Positions 19,775 through 31,528 are shown, numbered from the stretch's first letter. The stretch is 51,921 nt of DNA from Tolypothrix carrinoi HA7290-LM1 (GCA_019358935.1 JAHHIK010000059.1:1-51921), one strand, 5' to 3'. Numbers and translations are program-made. Notes: a model not told the origin generated them from the sequence alone.

Positions 19775-20092
19775 GGGAGAGGGGGGAGTGGGGGAGTGGG
19801 GGAGTGGGGAGACAAGGAGGATAAGGGGGACAAGGGAGAAATTTTTCCAAGGAGTCCTCCTTGTCCACGCCAGTCGCCTCAACGGAGGGAACCTCCGCAC
19901 GGCGCTGGCTCCCCTTGTCCCCCTTATCCTCCTTGTCCACGCCAGTCGCCTCAACGGAGGGAACCTCCGCACGGCGCTGGCTCCCCTTGTCTCCCTTATC
20001 CTCCTTGTCCTCCTTGTCCTCCTTGTCCACGCCAGTCGCCTCAACGGAGGGAACCTCCGCACGGCGCTGGCTCCCCTTGTCCCCCTTATCCT
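19775..20092. repeat. 7-/9-mer tandem repeats with three identical 45-bp hairpin elements
   Basis: ACGCCAGTCGCCTCAACGGAGGGAACCTCCGCACGGCGCTGGCTC at 19867, 19939 and 20029, each inside CCTTGTCC-type 9-mers. Confidence 0.9.
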
Positions 20093-20119
20093 TTGTAAGC
20101 CTCAGCCTATTCTACGGGG

Positions 20120-21550
20120 TCAGGCAGAAATTGGCTGTCCAATTGTATGCACTTTAATTAAACTGGTTGTGCCTGATTTACCAACTGGTACGCCGGAAGT
20201 AATCACAACTTTATCGCCGTCGTTTGCCAAACCCATGTCTACAACGCTTTTTACCACATTCGTAAACATTTCTTCGGCGTTGTGGACTGGGGGAATTAAG
20301 CAAGGAACTACACCCCAGGAAAGTGCAAGCTGACGGTAAGTGGTTTCCTCTGGTGTGAGAGCGATAATTGGGGTTGTCGGACGATATTTGGAGACTAATT
20401 GCGCCGTACTTCCAGAAGAAGTGTTGCAGAGAATTGCTCTTGCACCTGTTTCGTAAGCGACGCGACAAACGGCTTCGGCAACAGATTCAGTTACGCTGAG
20501 ACTACCGCCCTTGTGAGTCCAAGAATGTCTGGCACCTTCTTGTAGAGATTGTTCTGTCCGCACGGCGATATTGTGCATCATCTCAACTGCGGCGATCGCA
20601 TATTGTCCGACGGCAGTTTCTCCAGAAAGCATCACGGCATCCGTACCATCCAGGATAGAGTTTGCAACATCCGTTGCTTCGGCGCGGGTGGGATCGGGAG
20701 CGCTAATCATCGACTCTAACATTTGTGTGGCAGTAATTACAGGCTTGCCGGCTTGGTTGCAGCGGCGTGTAATTTCTTTTTGAATTAGGGGGACTTCATA
20801 AATGGGCATTTCTACCCCCAAATCGCCACGGGCAATCATAATTCCGTCGGCAACTTTTAGGATGCTATCTAAATCTTCTACTGCTTCTCGTCTTTCGATT
20901 TTGGCGATGATGCGAATGTTAGCACCTGCTGCTTCAATCATTCGTTGGGCGGGTTCTAAATCTTGAGCCGATCGCACAAACGAAACCGCTACCCAATCTA
21001 CACCCAACTGAATGCCAAAGCGCAAATCGAGCAAGTCTTTTTCGGTAATCGAACTGACGGGTAAACGAGTTTCTGGCAAGTTTACACCTTTGCTGGTAGA
21101 AATAACTCCACCAATTTTCACCATAGCTCGAATTTTATCGGCATCGCGATCGCTTACAATCAACTTCACCCGACCATCGTTGATTAAAATTGGTTCACCA
21201 GGTCGCACCATTGCAAATAAAGTCGGCAATGGTAGCGGCAATTCGTCGATACTGCTACCTTGTTCTTGCAGCACAAAAGTTACTTCTTGTCCAGCCTCTA
21301 CAGTTAGTCCTTCTGGTGGCAAAACTCCCAAGCGAATCTTTGGACCGCACAAATCTTGCATAATTGCGATCGGCTTTTGCGTATCTGTGCCAATCTTTCT
21401 TAGATGATGAAGCGTTTGCGCGTGAAATTCATGCGCCCCATGAGAGAAATTCAACCGCGCTACATTCATTCCCGCATCTACCAACGCTTCCAGCCGTTCG
21501 GGTGCAGATGTAGCAGGTCCTACAGTACAAATAATCTTGGTTCGACGCAT
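20120..21550 (-). CDS. pyk: Pyruvate kinase
   Basis: RRTKIICTVGPA, ARLNFSHG, IAKIE, MIARGDLG, ATQMLESM, MLSGETA. Confidence 0.97.
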   Translation of the reverse strand: MRRTKIICTVGPATSAPERLEALVDAGMNVARLNFSHGAHEFHAQTLHHLRKIGTDTQKPIAIMQDLCGPKIRLGVLPPEGLTVEAGQEVTFVLQEQGSSIDELPLPLPTLFAMVRPGEPILINDGRVKLIVSDRDADKIRAMVKIGGVISTSKGVNLPETRLPVSSITEKDLLDLRFGIQLGVDWVAVSFVRSAQDLEPAQRMIEAAGANIRIIAKIERREAVEDLDSILKVADGIMIARGDLGVEMPIYEVPLIQKEITRRCNQAGKPVITATQMLESMISAPDPTRAEATDVANSILDGTDAVMLSGETAVGQYAIAAVEMMHNIAVRTEQSLQEGARHSWTHKGGSLSVTESVAEAVCRVAYETGARAILCNTSSGSTAQLVSKYRPTTPIIALTPEETTYRQLALSWGVVPCLIPPVHNAEEMFTNVVKSVVDMGLANDGDKVVITSGVPVGKSGTTSLIKVHTIGQPISA

Positions 21551-21675
21551 AAAGTTTAGGGGTTCGGAGTTTAGGAAAGCAAATACTCAGACAGCGCGTA
21601 AAAAAATAACTGTAATGCACCCTGATTTGCTGCGTGTGCGGATTACGCTACCCCTCAGAAATACGACGATTATGT

Positions 21676-21828
21676 TACAGCGATTTTCAGGTAAATGAAC
21701 CACATTATTTTTATCTCACGCAAAGGCAAGGCAGCGCGTTGCGGGGGTTCCCCCCGTTGTAGCGACTGCCGCGCAGAGGCGCAAAGGAAGAAACAAGAGT
21801 GTGGTCTAAATACATGAAAATTGCTGTA
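21676..21828. mobile_element. MITE-like element with TA ends and a nested small repeat
   Basis: TACAGCGATTTTCAGGTAAATGAACCACA / TGTGGTCTAAATACATGAAAATTGCTGTA imperfect 29-bp inverted repeat; internal GGCAGCGC...GCGACTGCC hairpin. Confidence 0.7.
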
Positions 21829-21897
21829 AGTCAATAGTCATTAGTCAAAAGTTCTCAACTAATCACTAATGACTATTGACTATTGACTAATGACTAA

Positions 21898-23256
<1,359 letters not shown>

Positions 23257-23470
23257 TCATCCCCCTTTTGAAAAGGTCTACTTTTTATTCTTCACATAAC
23301 GATCCTGACAGTCGCAGTGGGTTATGGCATATTTACTTGGCAAATTTTAAGGTTTTGAGCAGACTGAGTGTTTTGATGAGATTTTAATCACCAGCGGACA
23401 ATTAAAGTAGAACTCGCTAAAAATAACACTATAGTAAAGTTAGTCGTCCTGACTCTACTGTTGAATTTTT

Positions 23471-23800
23471 ATGGACACCAGCACATCTGAAGGTAGAAAT
23501 AGTGAGTCTAAAGTGCTTGATGAGTTTAAAGAGGCACACGCAGAAGAAATACAAGCGATCGCTTCAACCTTAGTCAAGATCGCAAACTTATCAGAGTCAG
23601 CAGTAAAACCTCATCTTGATGCGATGCTTGAGCAGTTGGTGAAGTCTAAACAAAAGCCTTTATTTTATGAAACCGCTAGCGCTGAAGAATGGATTCAAGC
23701 GCTGAAAGATTGGAGCATAAGCCACAGACGAGATACACCACTTCTTTCCGACTATGCTGTAAGTCGGGCAGGTATATATGAGGATGATGAGGAAATTTAG
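23471..23800 (+). CDS. Putative antitoxin
   Basis: Acidic; ends PLLSDYAVSRAGIYED, a tail commonly seen upstream of cyanobacterial PIN genes; stop overlaps the toxin start. Confidence 0.7.
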   Translation: MDTSTSEGRNSESKVLDEFKEAHAEEIQAIASTLVKIANLSESAVKPHLDAMLEQLVKSKQKPLFYETASAEEWIQALKDWSISHRRDTPLLSDYAVSRAGIYEDDEEI

Positions 23801-24249
23801 TGGCGTATCTGGTTGATACAAATATCATACTGCGAATGGCACAGCCAGATCGCCCAATGTGTGCTTCGGCATTAAACGCACTTGGGATACTCCGACACCA
23901 ACAAGAAGAATGTTACCTTACACACCAAAATCTAGTTGAGTTTTGGCGAAGTGCTACCCGCCCGATTGAGAAAAATGGACTTGGGTTAGCTATACTTGAA
24001 GCTTCAGCAGAACTACAGCGTTTGGAAACGCTTTTTCTCATACTACCGGATGTGCCTGAGATTTATCCGGAATGGAAACGATTAGTTTTAGAGTACGGGG
24101 TGATGGGTGTAAATGTCCATGATGCAAGACTTGTTGCAGTAATGCTTGTTCATAAAGTAACTCACATTCTTACATTTAACACCAAAGACTTTAGGCGATA
24201 CTCTGCTCTCATTACTCCTGTCGATCCAGCAAGCCTCACCTCAGCTTAA
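23800..24249 (+). CDS. vapC: PIN-domain (VapC) toxin
   Basis: YLVDTNI, EF, HDARLVA, ILTFNTKDF acidic PIN motifs. Confidence 0.88.
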   Translation: MAYLVDTNIILRMAQPDRPMCASALNALGILRHQQEECYLTHQNLVEFWRSATRPIEKNGLGLAILEASAELQRLETLFLILPDVPEIYPEWKRLVLEYGVMGVNVHDARLVAVMLVHKVTHILTFNTKDFRRYSALITPVDPASLTSA

Positions 24250-24382
24250 AGTAGCACAAGCAATGGCGATCGCACTTCATGACTCGAAACTTCGTGTTTG
24301 GAACAAAATATCATCTAAAATATTATACAAATTTCAGTGATAAAATCCTGATTGTGTCGCAGTTTATAGTTATGAAAACTAC

Positions 24383-24583
24383 ATGACAATCAATCTTCAA
24401 ATCGACGAAGCCTTAATTAAAGAAGCTTTAGCCCTTGGCAATCAACAAACAGAACGTGATGTAGTTGAACAGGCTTTGCGTGAATATGTGCAACGTCGCA
24501 AGCAACAAATGGTAGTTGATTTGTTTGGAACAATTGACTATGAAGAAGATTACAACTACAAACAGCAGCGACAAAAGCAGTGA
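24383..24583 (+). CDS. vapB: VapB-type antitoxin
   Basis: TINLQIDEALIKEA...VEQALREYV RHH-like pattern; GTGA overlap with the toxin. Confidence 0.82.
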   Translation: MTINLQIDEALIKEALALGNQQTERDVVEQALREYVQRRKQQMVVDLFGTIDYEEDYNYKQQRQKQ

Positions 24584-24981
24584 TTGTTGTAGATACCTCT
24601 GTCTGGTCATTAGCGTTGAGACGGAATACTCCTATACAAGCAATATCTGTTGTCAATCTGTTGCGTGATTTGATTGTTGATAATCGAGTAGTATTATTAG
24701 GAGCTGTGAGGCAAGAGGTGCTTTCAGGAATTCGTTATGCTGAACAGTTTACCAGACTTAGAGACTATCTCCGCGCTTTTCCTGACTTAGAGTTGACAAC
24801 TGAAGACTACGAACTGGCTGCTGAGTTTTACAATACTTGTCGCACAAATGGTATTCAAGGAGCCAACACAGATTTTTTACTTTGTGCAGTTGCTCATCGT
24901 CGTGGTTGGTGCATTATGACAACTGATAAGGATTTTGAGAGTTTTCAAGCGTATATTCCTGTCAGTTTATTGGAGGAGTAA
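24580..24981 (+). CDS. vapC: PIN-domain (VapC) toxin
   Basis: IVVDTSVWS, QEVLSG, DFLLCA, TTDKDF. Confidence 0.9.
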   Translation: MIVVDTSVWSLALRRNTPIQAISVVNLLRDLIVDNRVVLLGAVRQEVLSGIRYAEQFTRLRDYLRAFPDLELTTEDYELAAEFYNTCRTNGIQGANTDFLLCAVAHRRGWCIMTTDKDFESFQAYIPVSLLEE

Positions 24982-25057
24982 CCCAACTTCTCTTGTGCAG
25001 AGTTATCTAACATGTTTTTGCGACGTTTCAGCGGATTTACGTGAGATATTGCCCCGA

Positions 25058-25288
25058 AAACTCGAAACTTCGTGTTCAGAACTCGAAACTTGATGTTCAG
25101 AACTGGAAACTTCGTGTTCGGAACTGGAAACTTGATGTTCGGAACTGGAAACTTCGTGTTCGGAACTGGAAACTTCGTGTTCGGAACTCGGAACTTGATG
25201 TTCGGAACTCGAAACTTCGTGTTCGGAACTCCAAAATTTAAGCTTTGAACTCGGAACTTCGTGTTCAGAACTTGGAATGTCAAGTTTT
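25058..25288. repeat. Tandem array of about 11 x 21-bp units
   Basis: Consensus GAACT(C/G)GAAACTT(CG/GA)TGTTC(G/A), head-to-tail with no spacers; partial solo copy at 24281-24304. Confidence 0.92.
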
Positions 25289-25315
25289 ACAGGAGCATTC
25301 TAATTTTGGAAGCAA

Positions 25316-25426
25316 CACCCTAGAAGGGTGCTACTATACGAACAAAGCCCACCTGCGTGGGCTAAAAGCTAGAAGCCCACGTAGGTGGGCTTTGTATGTA
25401 TAGCCCCAGGCTTATAGCCTGCGGGC
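25316..25426. repeat. Inverted pair of REP-like repeats (similar pair at 26016-26135, single interrupted copy at 45474-45572)
   Basis: CACCCTAGAAGGGTG..CTATAC.AACAAAGCCCACCTGCGTGGGCT followed by an inverted counterpart. Confidence 0.75.
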
Positions 25427-25440
25427 AACGAGTTTTTGTT

Positions 25441-25914
25441 TTAAACTGCCGACGTTTGCGGCTGTGTTTTGCGAGATTTTCGGGTGAACCTGCGTCCCAA
25501 GTCATCAATCACCGTATCTAAACCAGCTACATCACCGCTAGCCTTGGCATAATTGTAAACTGCAAGAGCTGCTATATAAGCTTCACTGCCAGTTGCAATC
25601 AAGGTATCATCGACCAATTCTTGCAATTGCGTTAGAGATAGCAGCACAGGATACAACGCCTCAAATAATTCTACATCTAAGCGCATTTCATTTACATTAA
25701 ACGACCTAGGCAGAAAATCCGGGTTTTGTGTGGCTACTTCTAAGGCTTTGCTTACAAAAGCTTGACTTTTGTCACCTAGTTTCGGCAAGTATTTACGCTC
25801 ATTTGCCGTCAAATCAATTAAAAACGGCAGCTTTTCTTTGATAGTAGCGATCGCTTCCATCACCGCTTCTCGGTCTTTTTGGGAAAAACTAGCACTGATA
25901 CGATTATTCGCCAT
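25441..25914 (-). CDS. Conserved hypothetical helical protein
   Basis: AGGAG RBS before ATG 25914; LPFLIDLT..ER..LPKLGDKS..FV, GSEAY.AAL..Y motifs of an uncharacterised family. Confidence 0.8.
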   Translation of the reverse strand: MANNRISASFSQKDREAVMEAIATIKEKLPFLIDLTANERKYLPKLGDKSQAFVSKALEVATQNPDFLPRSFNVNEMRLDVELFEALYPVLLSLTQLQELVDDTLIATGSEAYIAALAVYNYAKASGDVAGLDTVIDDLGRRFTRKSRKTQPQTSAV

Positions 25915-26155
25915 ATTTATCACTCCTAAGGGTGTTCTTATTTCAGTATTCCCAAAGTTATGAAGGCGATCGCACTTCATCTTCATCTAAAATGAATGCG
26001 ATCGCCTCTCATGCAGCACCCTACCCTAGAAGGGTAGGGCTATACGTACAAAGCCTGCCTTCGCAGGCTAAAAGTCCTAAGCTTTATAGCCTGCGAAGGC
26101 AGGCTTCGTTCGTGTAGCCGCACCCTTCAGGGTGTCGGGGAAGTGAGTAATATGC

Positions 26156-28573
26156 TTAACTCCCCTCGTGACCGACATCAGTGTTCTTACCTGAATCCTG
26201 CCATTTCCAGTGGAGAATTTCTGGCATATCTTCGCCGTGCTGAGTAATGTAAAGCTTGTGTTCAATTAACTTGTCGTGCATCATCTGCTTGACATAAGCA
26301 GCTTTATACCCTAGTTTTGGCACTCTGTCAATCACATCATCCACTAAACTAAAGCGGTCTAACTCGTTGAGAACGACCATATCAAACGGTGTGGTAGTCG
26401 TTCCTTCCTCTTTATAACCGCGCACATGAAAGTTATCATGGTTAGTGCGACGATAAGTGAGGCGATGAATTAACCAAGGGTAGCCATGAAAGGCGAAAAT
26501 TACAGGTTTGTCAGTAGTAAAGAGAGTGTCGAAGTCTTTATCGCTCAACCCGTGCGGATGTTCGCTTGTTGGTTGTAGTGTCATCAAGTCTACCACGTTG
26601 ATCACGCGCACCTTCAAGTCGGGGAAGTTCTGACGGAGAATATCTACTGCCGCTAAAGTTTCCAGCGTCGGAATGTCTCCCGCACAAGCCATCACCACAT
26701 CCGGTTCAAAGCCTTTGTCATTGCTTGCCCATTCCCAAATGCCGATACCAAAGGTACAATGCTTAATTGCAGCTTCCATATCAAGATACTGCAACGCGGG
26801 TTGTTTGCCGGCGACGATGACGTTGACATAATTGCGGCTTCGCAAACAGTGGTCTGTGACTGATAGCAGCGTGTTGGCATCGGGGGGTAAATATACGCGA
26901 ATGACTTCAGATTTTTTGTTGACTACATGATCGATAAAACCTGGGTCTTGATGAGAAAAGCCGTTGTGATCTTGTCGCCAAACGTGGGAAGTTAGGAGGT
27001 AGTTGAGAGAAGCGATCGGTCGGCGCCAAGGAATGTGACGAGTAGTTTTCAACCATTTTGCATGTTGGTTGAACATCGAGTCAACTATGTGGATAAACGC
27101 TTCATAGCAGGAGAAGAAACCGTGACGACCGGTGAGGAGGTATCCTTCTAACCAACCTTCACAAGTATGTTCGCTCAAAATTTCCATTACACGTCCATCG
27201 GGGGACAGCTTTTCGTCTTCTGGGAGTATTTCGGCATCCCAAGTTCTGGTTGTAACTTCAAATACAGCGTCCAAACGATTCGATTGAGTTTCATCGGGTC
27301 CAACGATGCGAAAGTTGCGGCGTTCGGAGTTTAGTGTTATCACATCCCGCAGGAATTTACCCATTACCTTGGTAGCTTCGGCAACAACTGCGCCCGGTTT
27401 GTCAACTTCAACAGCGTAATTGCGGAAGTCAGGCATTTTTAAATCACGCAGCAAAAGACCACCGTTAGCGTGGGGATTATCTCCCATGCGACGCTGACCT
27501 CTGGGGGCGAGTTCGGCTAATTCCGGAATTAGTGTACCATTAGTATCGAAGAGTTCTTCTGGTTTGTAACTTCGCATCCACTGTTCCAGGAGTTTGAGGT
27601 GTTCTGGTTTGGATGCGATTTCTCCAAAAGGAACTTGATGCGATCGCCAAAAGTTTTCTGTCTTTTTGCCGTCAACTTCTTTTGGTCCAGTCCAACCTTT
27701 AGGAGTTCTCAGGATAATCATCGGAAAAGGCGATCGCTCAGTATTACCATTATTCCGGGCATCTTCTTGAATCTCTTTGATTTCCCGAATTACAGTATCT
27801 AGCGTTGCCGCCATCAATTGATGTACAATTTCTGGATCGGAACCTTCGACAAAGTAAGGTTTATAACCGTAGCCGACAAATAAACTTTCTAACTCTTCAT
27901 GGCTGATTCGTGCTAACACCGTTGGGTTAGCAATTTTGTAGCCGTTTAGGTGTAAAATTGGCAATACAGCACCATCATGCACCGGATTGAGAAACTTGTT
28001 TGAGTGCCAGCTAGCTGCTAAAGCTCCGGTTTCTGCTTCACCATCGCCAATCACGCAAGCAACAATCAAGTCAGGATTATCAAAAGCTGCACCGTAAGCG
28101 TGAGATAAAGCATAGCCGAGTTCACCACCTTCGTGAATCGATCCCGGAGTTTCTGGTGCAACGTGACTGGGAATACCCCCAGGAAAAGAAAACTGTTTGA
28201 AGAGTTTCTTCATCCCCTCCGCATCTGGGGAAATATTCGGGTAATATTCGCTGTAAGTGCCTTCGAGGTAAGTGTTAGCGACCAATCCAGGACCACCGTG
28301 ACCGGGACCTGCAATATATATTGTGTTCAGGTCATTTTTTTTGATAACCCGGTTCAGGTGAACGTAAATAAAGTTAAGACCCGGAGTTGTCCCCCAGTGA
28401 CCGAGAAGTCTGGGTTTGACATGTTCTTGCTTCAGCGGTTCTTTGAGTAGGGGATTGTCTAGTAAATAGATTTGTCCAACTGAAAGATAATTAGCCGCAA
28501 GCCAATAAGCGTTGATTTTACGCAGTTCTTCATCAGTTAAAGGCTTTGATTGGGTCGGGGTTGCTAATATCAT
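26156..28573 (-). CDS. xfp: Phosphoketolase
   Basis: [54 protein letters not shown] before ATG 28573. Confidence 0.96.
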   Translation of the reverse strand: MILATPTQSKPLTDEELRKINAYWLAANYLSVGQIYLLDNPLLKEPLKQEHVKPRLLGHWGTTPGLNFIYVHLNRVIKKNDLNTIYIAGPGHGGPGLVANTYLEGTYSEYYPNISPDAEGMKKLFKQFSFPGGIPSHVAPETPGSIHEGGELGYALSHAYGAAFDNPDLIVACVIGDGEAETGALAASWHSNKFLNPVHDGAVLPILHLNGYKIANPTVLARISHEELESLFVGYGYKPYFVEGSDPEIVHQLMAATLDTVIREIKEIQEDARNNGNTERSPFPMIILRTPKGWTGPKEVDGKKTENFWRSHQVPFGEIASKPEHLKLLEQWMRSYKPEELFDTNGTLIPELAELAPRGQRRMGDNPHANGGLLLRDLKMPDFRNYAVEVDKPGAVVAEATKVMGKFLRDVITLNSERRNFRIVGPDETQSNRLDAVFEVTTRTWDAEILPEDEKLSPDGRVMEILSEHTCEGWLEGYLLTGRHGFFSCYEAFIHIVDSMFNQHAKWLKTTRHIPWRRPIASLNYLLTSHVWRQDHNGFSHQDPGFIDHVVNKKSEVIRVYLPPDANTLLSVTDHCLRSRNYVNVIVAGKQPALQYLDMEAAIKHCTFGIGIWEWASNDKGFEPDVVMACAGDIPTLETLAAVDILRQNFPDLKVRVINVVDLMTLQPTSEHPHGLSDKDFDTLFTTDKPVIFAFHGYPWLIHRLTYRRTNHDNFHVRGYKEEGTTTTPFDMVVLNELDRFSLVDDVIDRVPKLGYKAAYVKQMMHDKLIEHKLYITQHGEDMPEILHWKWQDSGKNTDVGHEGS

Positions 28574-29023
28574 ACCGAACTCCATTACTTTCGTGATTTT
28601 GACCAACTTACAAGTATGCAAGTTTAGTTAACTTGAAAATGATGGTCATCTTACTTATGACCAGTCTTTACACGTACAAGCTGAAAAAATTGGCAGTTAT
28701 GGCTATCAGCCACTCGATTATTTGCTCAAATCTCAGAGAAATATCAAGATTATGACCTTTATCAGAGGTTATCAAACAAGATAACAAATTGGATATTATT
28801 TAATTTTAATTTTCTTTAATTGCTAAAAGTTAAATGTTGTTTAATATATGTGTAAGAATTAATTATGGTTAATGAAAAATCTATCCTTTGGTAGAGGTTT
28901 CATATATAAGTAGCAAATAATACTACATTTAGCTTGTATTATCTGTTTAATCTGGAAAAAACGTAGATGCAGATTACTTTGTTGTCAAACATTGCTTTAC
29001 TCTTAAATAAACATCTAACTGCA

Positions 29024-29434
29024 TTAAACTGCGTCCTCTTGCTGAACCTTGGATTCATCATTTAAGCCTTTCAATACAAGTTTGTTCGCGTTAAGTGTCA
29101 TTTGATCAACTCTATGAGATTCTAAATTATTACCCCGTGCCAAAAACTCATCAAGTAACTTAAAGAAACTCTCAAATCCTTCCTTTTCATTCACACAGTA
29201 GAGCATGATAATGTTTGCCCAAGAATTTGAAGTTGATACATGATACTTTTGTTGCAACCAAGGCTGGAACTCACGATAAAAATCCATTTCCTCCTGAGTT
29301 GATTCAATCTTCAATTCTCTTAAAGCGGTTTTATAACCTACTAAAAACATAAAAAGGTCGCTAACTGAAGCTCGTCCTATATACATACCTGGTTTCGCCT
29401 TAATTTTTTGTAAAATTTCAAATAATCTACTCAT
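29024..29434 (-). CDS. Hypothetical protein, candidate immunity partner of the upstream toxin
   Basis: IK.KPGMYIG..S..DLF.FL.GY...FQPWLQ..W..II...FF.LLDEF; directly downstream of the toxin-domain gene. Start could be 29464. Confidence 0.65.
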   Translation of the reverse strand: MSRLFEILQKIKAKPGMYIGRASVSDLFMFLVGYKTALRELKIESTQEEMDFYREFQPWLQQKYHVSTSNSWANIIMLYCVNEKEGFESFFKLLDEFLARGNNLESHRVDQMTLNANKLVLKGLNDESKVQQEDAV

Positions 29435-29506
29435 ATTACCTATCTCACTTTGTTCCAGGTTCATAATTTATTTTACAACTCATTTAAATAGTCAATCAAA
29501 AACTCT

Positions 29507-29830
29507 TCACTGGCACATAGCCAAATCATTTAGCCAATCCTCCCTAAGTAATCCCTCTGTGGAAAGATTATCAAAGACTCTTTCTTTAACCTCTACCCCG
29601 TAATGAATCCCATTGAGTGTAATTGAATCGATTATTCCCTGACTTTCTAAGCGTGTACTAATTATATAATCTTCACCATATGCAGTTTGAATTTTAATAA
29701 TGCCCTCAATATTATTTTCTGCCAACCATTGCATCACAGCTTGAGCGCATTCATCGCATTTAAGGATTCTAAAGTTGGCGACTATTTTACCGACTTCTTG
29801 ATAAATGTCATCATCAGATAATTGACTCAT
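29507..29830 (-). CDS. Papain-fold toxin domain protein (Tox-PL-2-like), C-terminus probably frameshifted
   Basis: CDECA, NGIHYGVEV, VFDNL give a Cys-His-Asp set. Confidence 0.7.
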   Translation of the reverse strand: MSQLSDDDIYQEVGKIVANFRILKCDECAQAVMQWLAENNIEGIIKIQTAYGEDYIISTRLESQGIIDSITLNGIHYGVEVKERVFDNLSTEGLLREDWLNDLAMCQ

Positions 29831-29985
29831 GTCACCACAAATATAAAATAATATACTTTGAAGCGATCGCTTCTGCTCTATGTATCTCAAAACACATAAC
29901 TCCAGATACATTTAGCAAAAATTAATTTTACATAGAGTTAGTTATATTACTATTCACTAAGCGAACTCTAAACTTGACAACGAAA

Positions 29986-30954
29986 ATGACTTATTTAGAA
30001 GCAGCAGCGCAATTCTACAGCGAAGTCGCGCAAACACCGCAAGTTGGACTTTGTTGCGTCCAAAGTTCATCCTTGCAGTTGCCAGGATTGCATATTCCCT
30101 TGCAAATGCAGGAAATGAACTATGGTTGCGGTACTACGGTTCACGCTGCTGAACTCGCAAACCAACCTACAGTCTTGTATGTTGGTGTTGGTGGTGGGTT
30201 AGAAGCATTGCAATTTGCTTATTTTTCTCGTCGTCAGAGTGCTGTAATTGCAGTCGATCCGGTTGCAGCGATGCGTGAAGCTGCTACACGCAATTTAGAA
30301 ATTGCCGCAAAAGAAAATTCTTGGTTTGATACCAGCTTTGTAGAAATTCGTGAAGGTGATGCTTTTAACTTACCAGTTGATGATAATTCTGTCGATGTAG
30401 TAGCGCAAAATTGCCTTTTTAATATCTTTGAACCAGAAGATTTAACTCGTGCTTTAAAAGAAGCATATCGAGTCTTAAAACCAGGTGGACGCTTGCAAAT
30501 GAGTGACCCGATCGCTACTTCTCCAATTCCGCTTCATTTACAACAAGATGAGCGATTACGAGCGATGTGTTTATCAGGCGCACTCACTTATGAAGAGTAT
30601 ACTCAACGTATCATCCAAGCTGGTTTTGGTCAAGTTGAAATTCGTGCCCGTCGTCCTTATCGTCTTCTAGATTCTCAAACTTACAATTTAGAAGATAATT
30701 TACTTTTAGAAAGTCTCGATTCTGTCTCTTTTAAAGTTATCATTCCCGAAGATGGTGCTTGCATCTTTACAGGGAAAACAGCAATTTACGCAGGTGCAGA
30801 AGAAATTTTTGACGATTCAGCCGGACATATTCTGCAACGTGGAGTTCCAGCGGCAGTGTGTGATAAAACAGCCGCGAAACTTGGCGGATTAATGCCAAAA
30901 GAGATAATAATTACTGACTCTACATGGTATTATGACGGCGGCGGTTGTTGTTAA
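29986..30954 (+). CDS. arsM: Arsenosugar-pathway arsenite methyltransferase
   Basis: LCC, MNYGCG, YVGVGGG, QNCLFN, RAMCLSG, C-terminal GGGCC; adjacent to arsS. Confidence 0.85.
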   Translation: MTYLEAAAQFYSEVAQTPQVGLCCVQSSSLQLPGLHIPLQMQEMNYGCGTTVHAAELANQPTVLYVGVGGGLEALQFAYFSRRQSAVIAVDPVAAMREAATRNLEIAAKENSWFDTSFVEIREGDAFNLPVDDNSVDVVAQNCLFNIFEPEDLTRALKEAYRVLKPGGRLQMSDPIATSPIPLHLQQDERLRAMCLSGALTYEEYTQRIIQAGFGQVEIRARRPYRLLDSQTYNLEDNLLLESLDSVSFKVIIPEDGACIFTGKTAIYAGAEEIFDDSAGHILQRGVPAAVCDKTAAKLGGLMPKEIIITDSTWYYDGGGCC

Positions 30955-30967
30955 AAAGTGATAATAA

Positions 30968-31447
30968 ATGTTATTAGGTGCATTGTTTGTAGTTACGCTT
31001 TTTTTAGCTTACTCCAATGGAGCAAATGACAACTTCAAAGGTGTAGCAACGTTATTTGGTAGCCAAACAGCGAGTTACAAAACAGCAATTTGGTTAGCAA
31101 CGATTACAACTTTTGCGGGTTCCGTGGCTTCGATTTTTCTTGCGGAAGCATTAATTAAAAGCTTTTCTGGGAAAGGACTGGTTCCGGATGCGATCGCACT
31201 CCGCAGCAGATTTACCTCCACGCAGTAGCGATCGCTGCGGGTTTAACTGTGATTATCGCTACTGTAGCAGGATTTCCTATTTCCACAACTCACGTTTGGT
31301 GTCGGTTCAATTTTTGGTGTTGGACTTATTTCCAAAACAGCGAATGCGCGTGTTTTTTCTCAAATTCTGCTTTCGTGGATTTTAACATTACCTACTGCCG
31401 CAATTCTTAGTGGAATTTCTTACGGATTATTGCACAGTATATCTTAG
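30968..31447 (+). pseudogene. PiT/PHO4-family phosphate (arsenate) transporter, frameshifted and internally deleted
   Basis: NGANDNFK motif, then GFPISTTH, then VGSIFGVG...SWILTLP in three frame segments; only 480 bp in total. Confidence 0.85.
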
Positions 31448-31528
31448 GGTAGGGTGCGTTACGGCGCAAAAATTTAAATATTGATAATAGCCTAACGCAC
31501 CTTCGGTTGAATGGCACTTACTTAAATC

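Noticed and set aside
19867..20073. Mini CRISPR array of three identical repeats
   Set aside because: The intervening sequences are 9-mer tandem repeats of unequal length, and the unit belongs to a dispersed repeat family.
19670..20333. Pro/Cys- or Arg-rich ORFs
   Set aside because: Artefacts of stop-free 9-mer repeats open in several frames.
25058..25288. CRISPR array
   Set aside because: Units are head-to-tail with no unique spacers, and there are no cas genes in the window.
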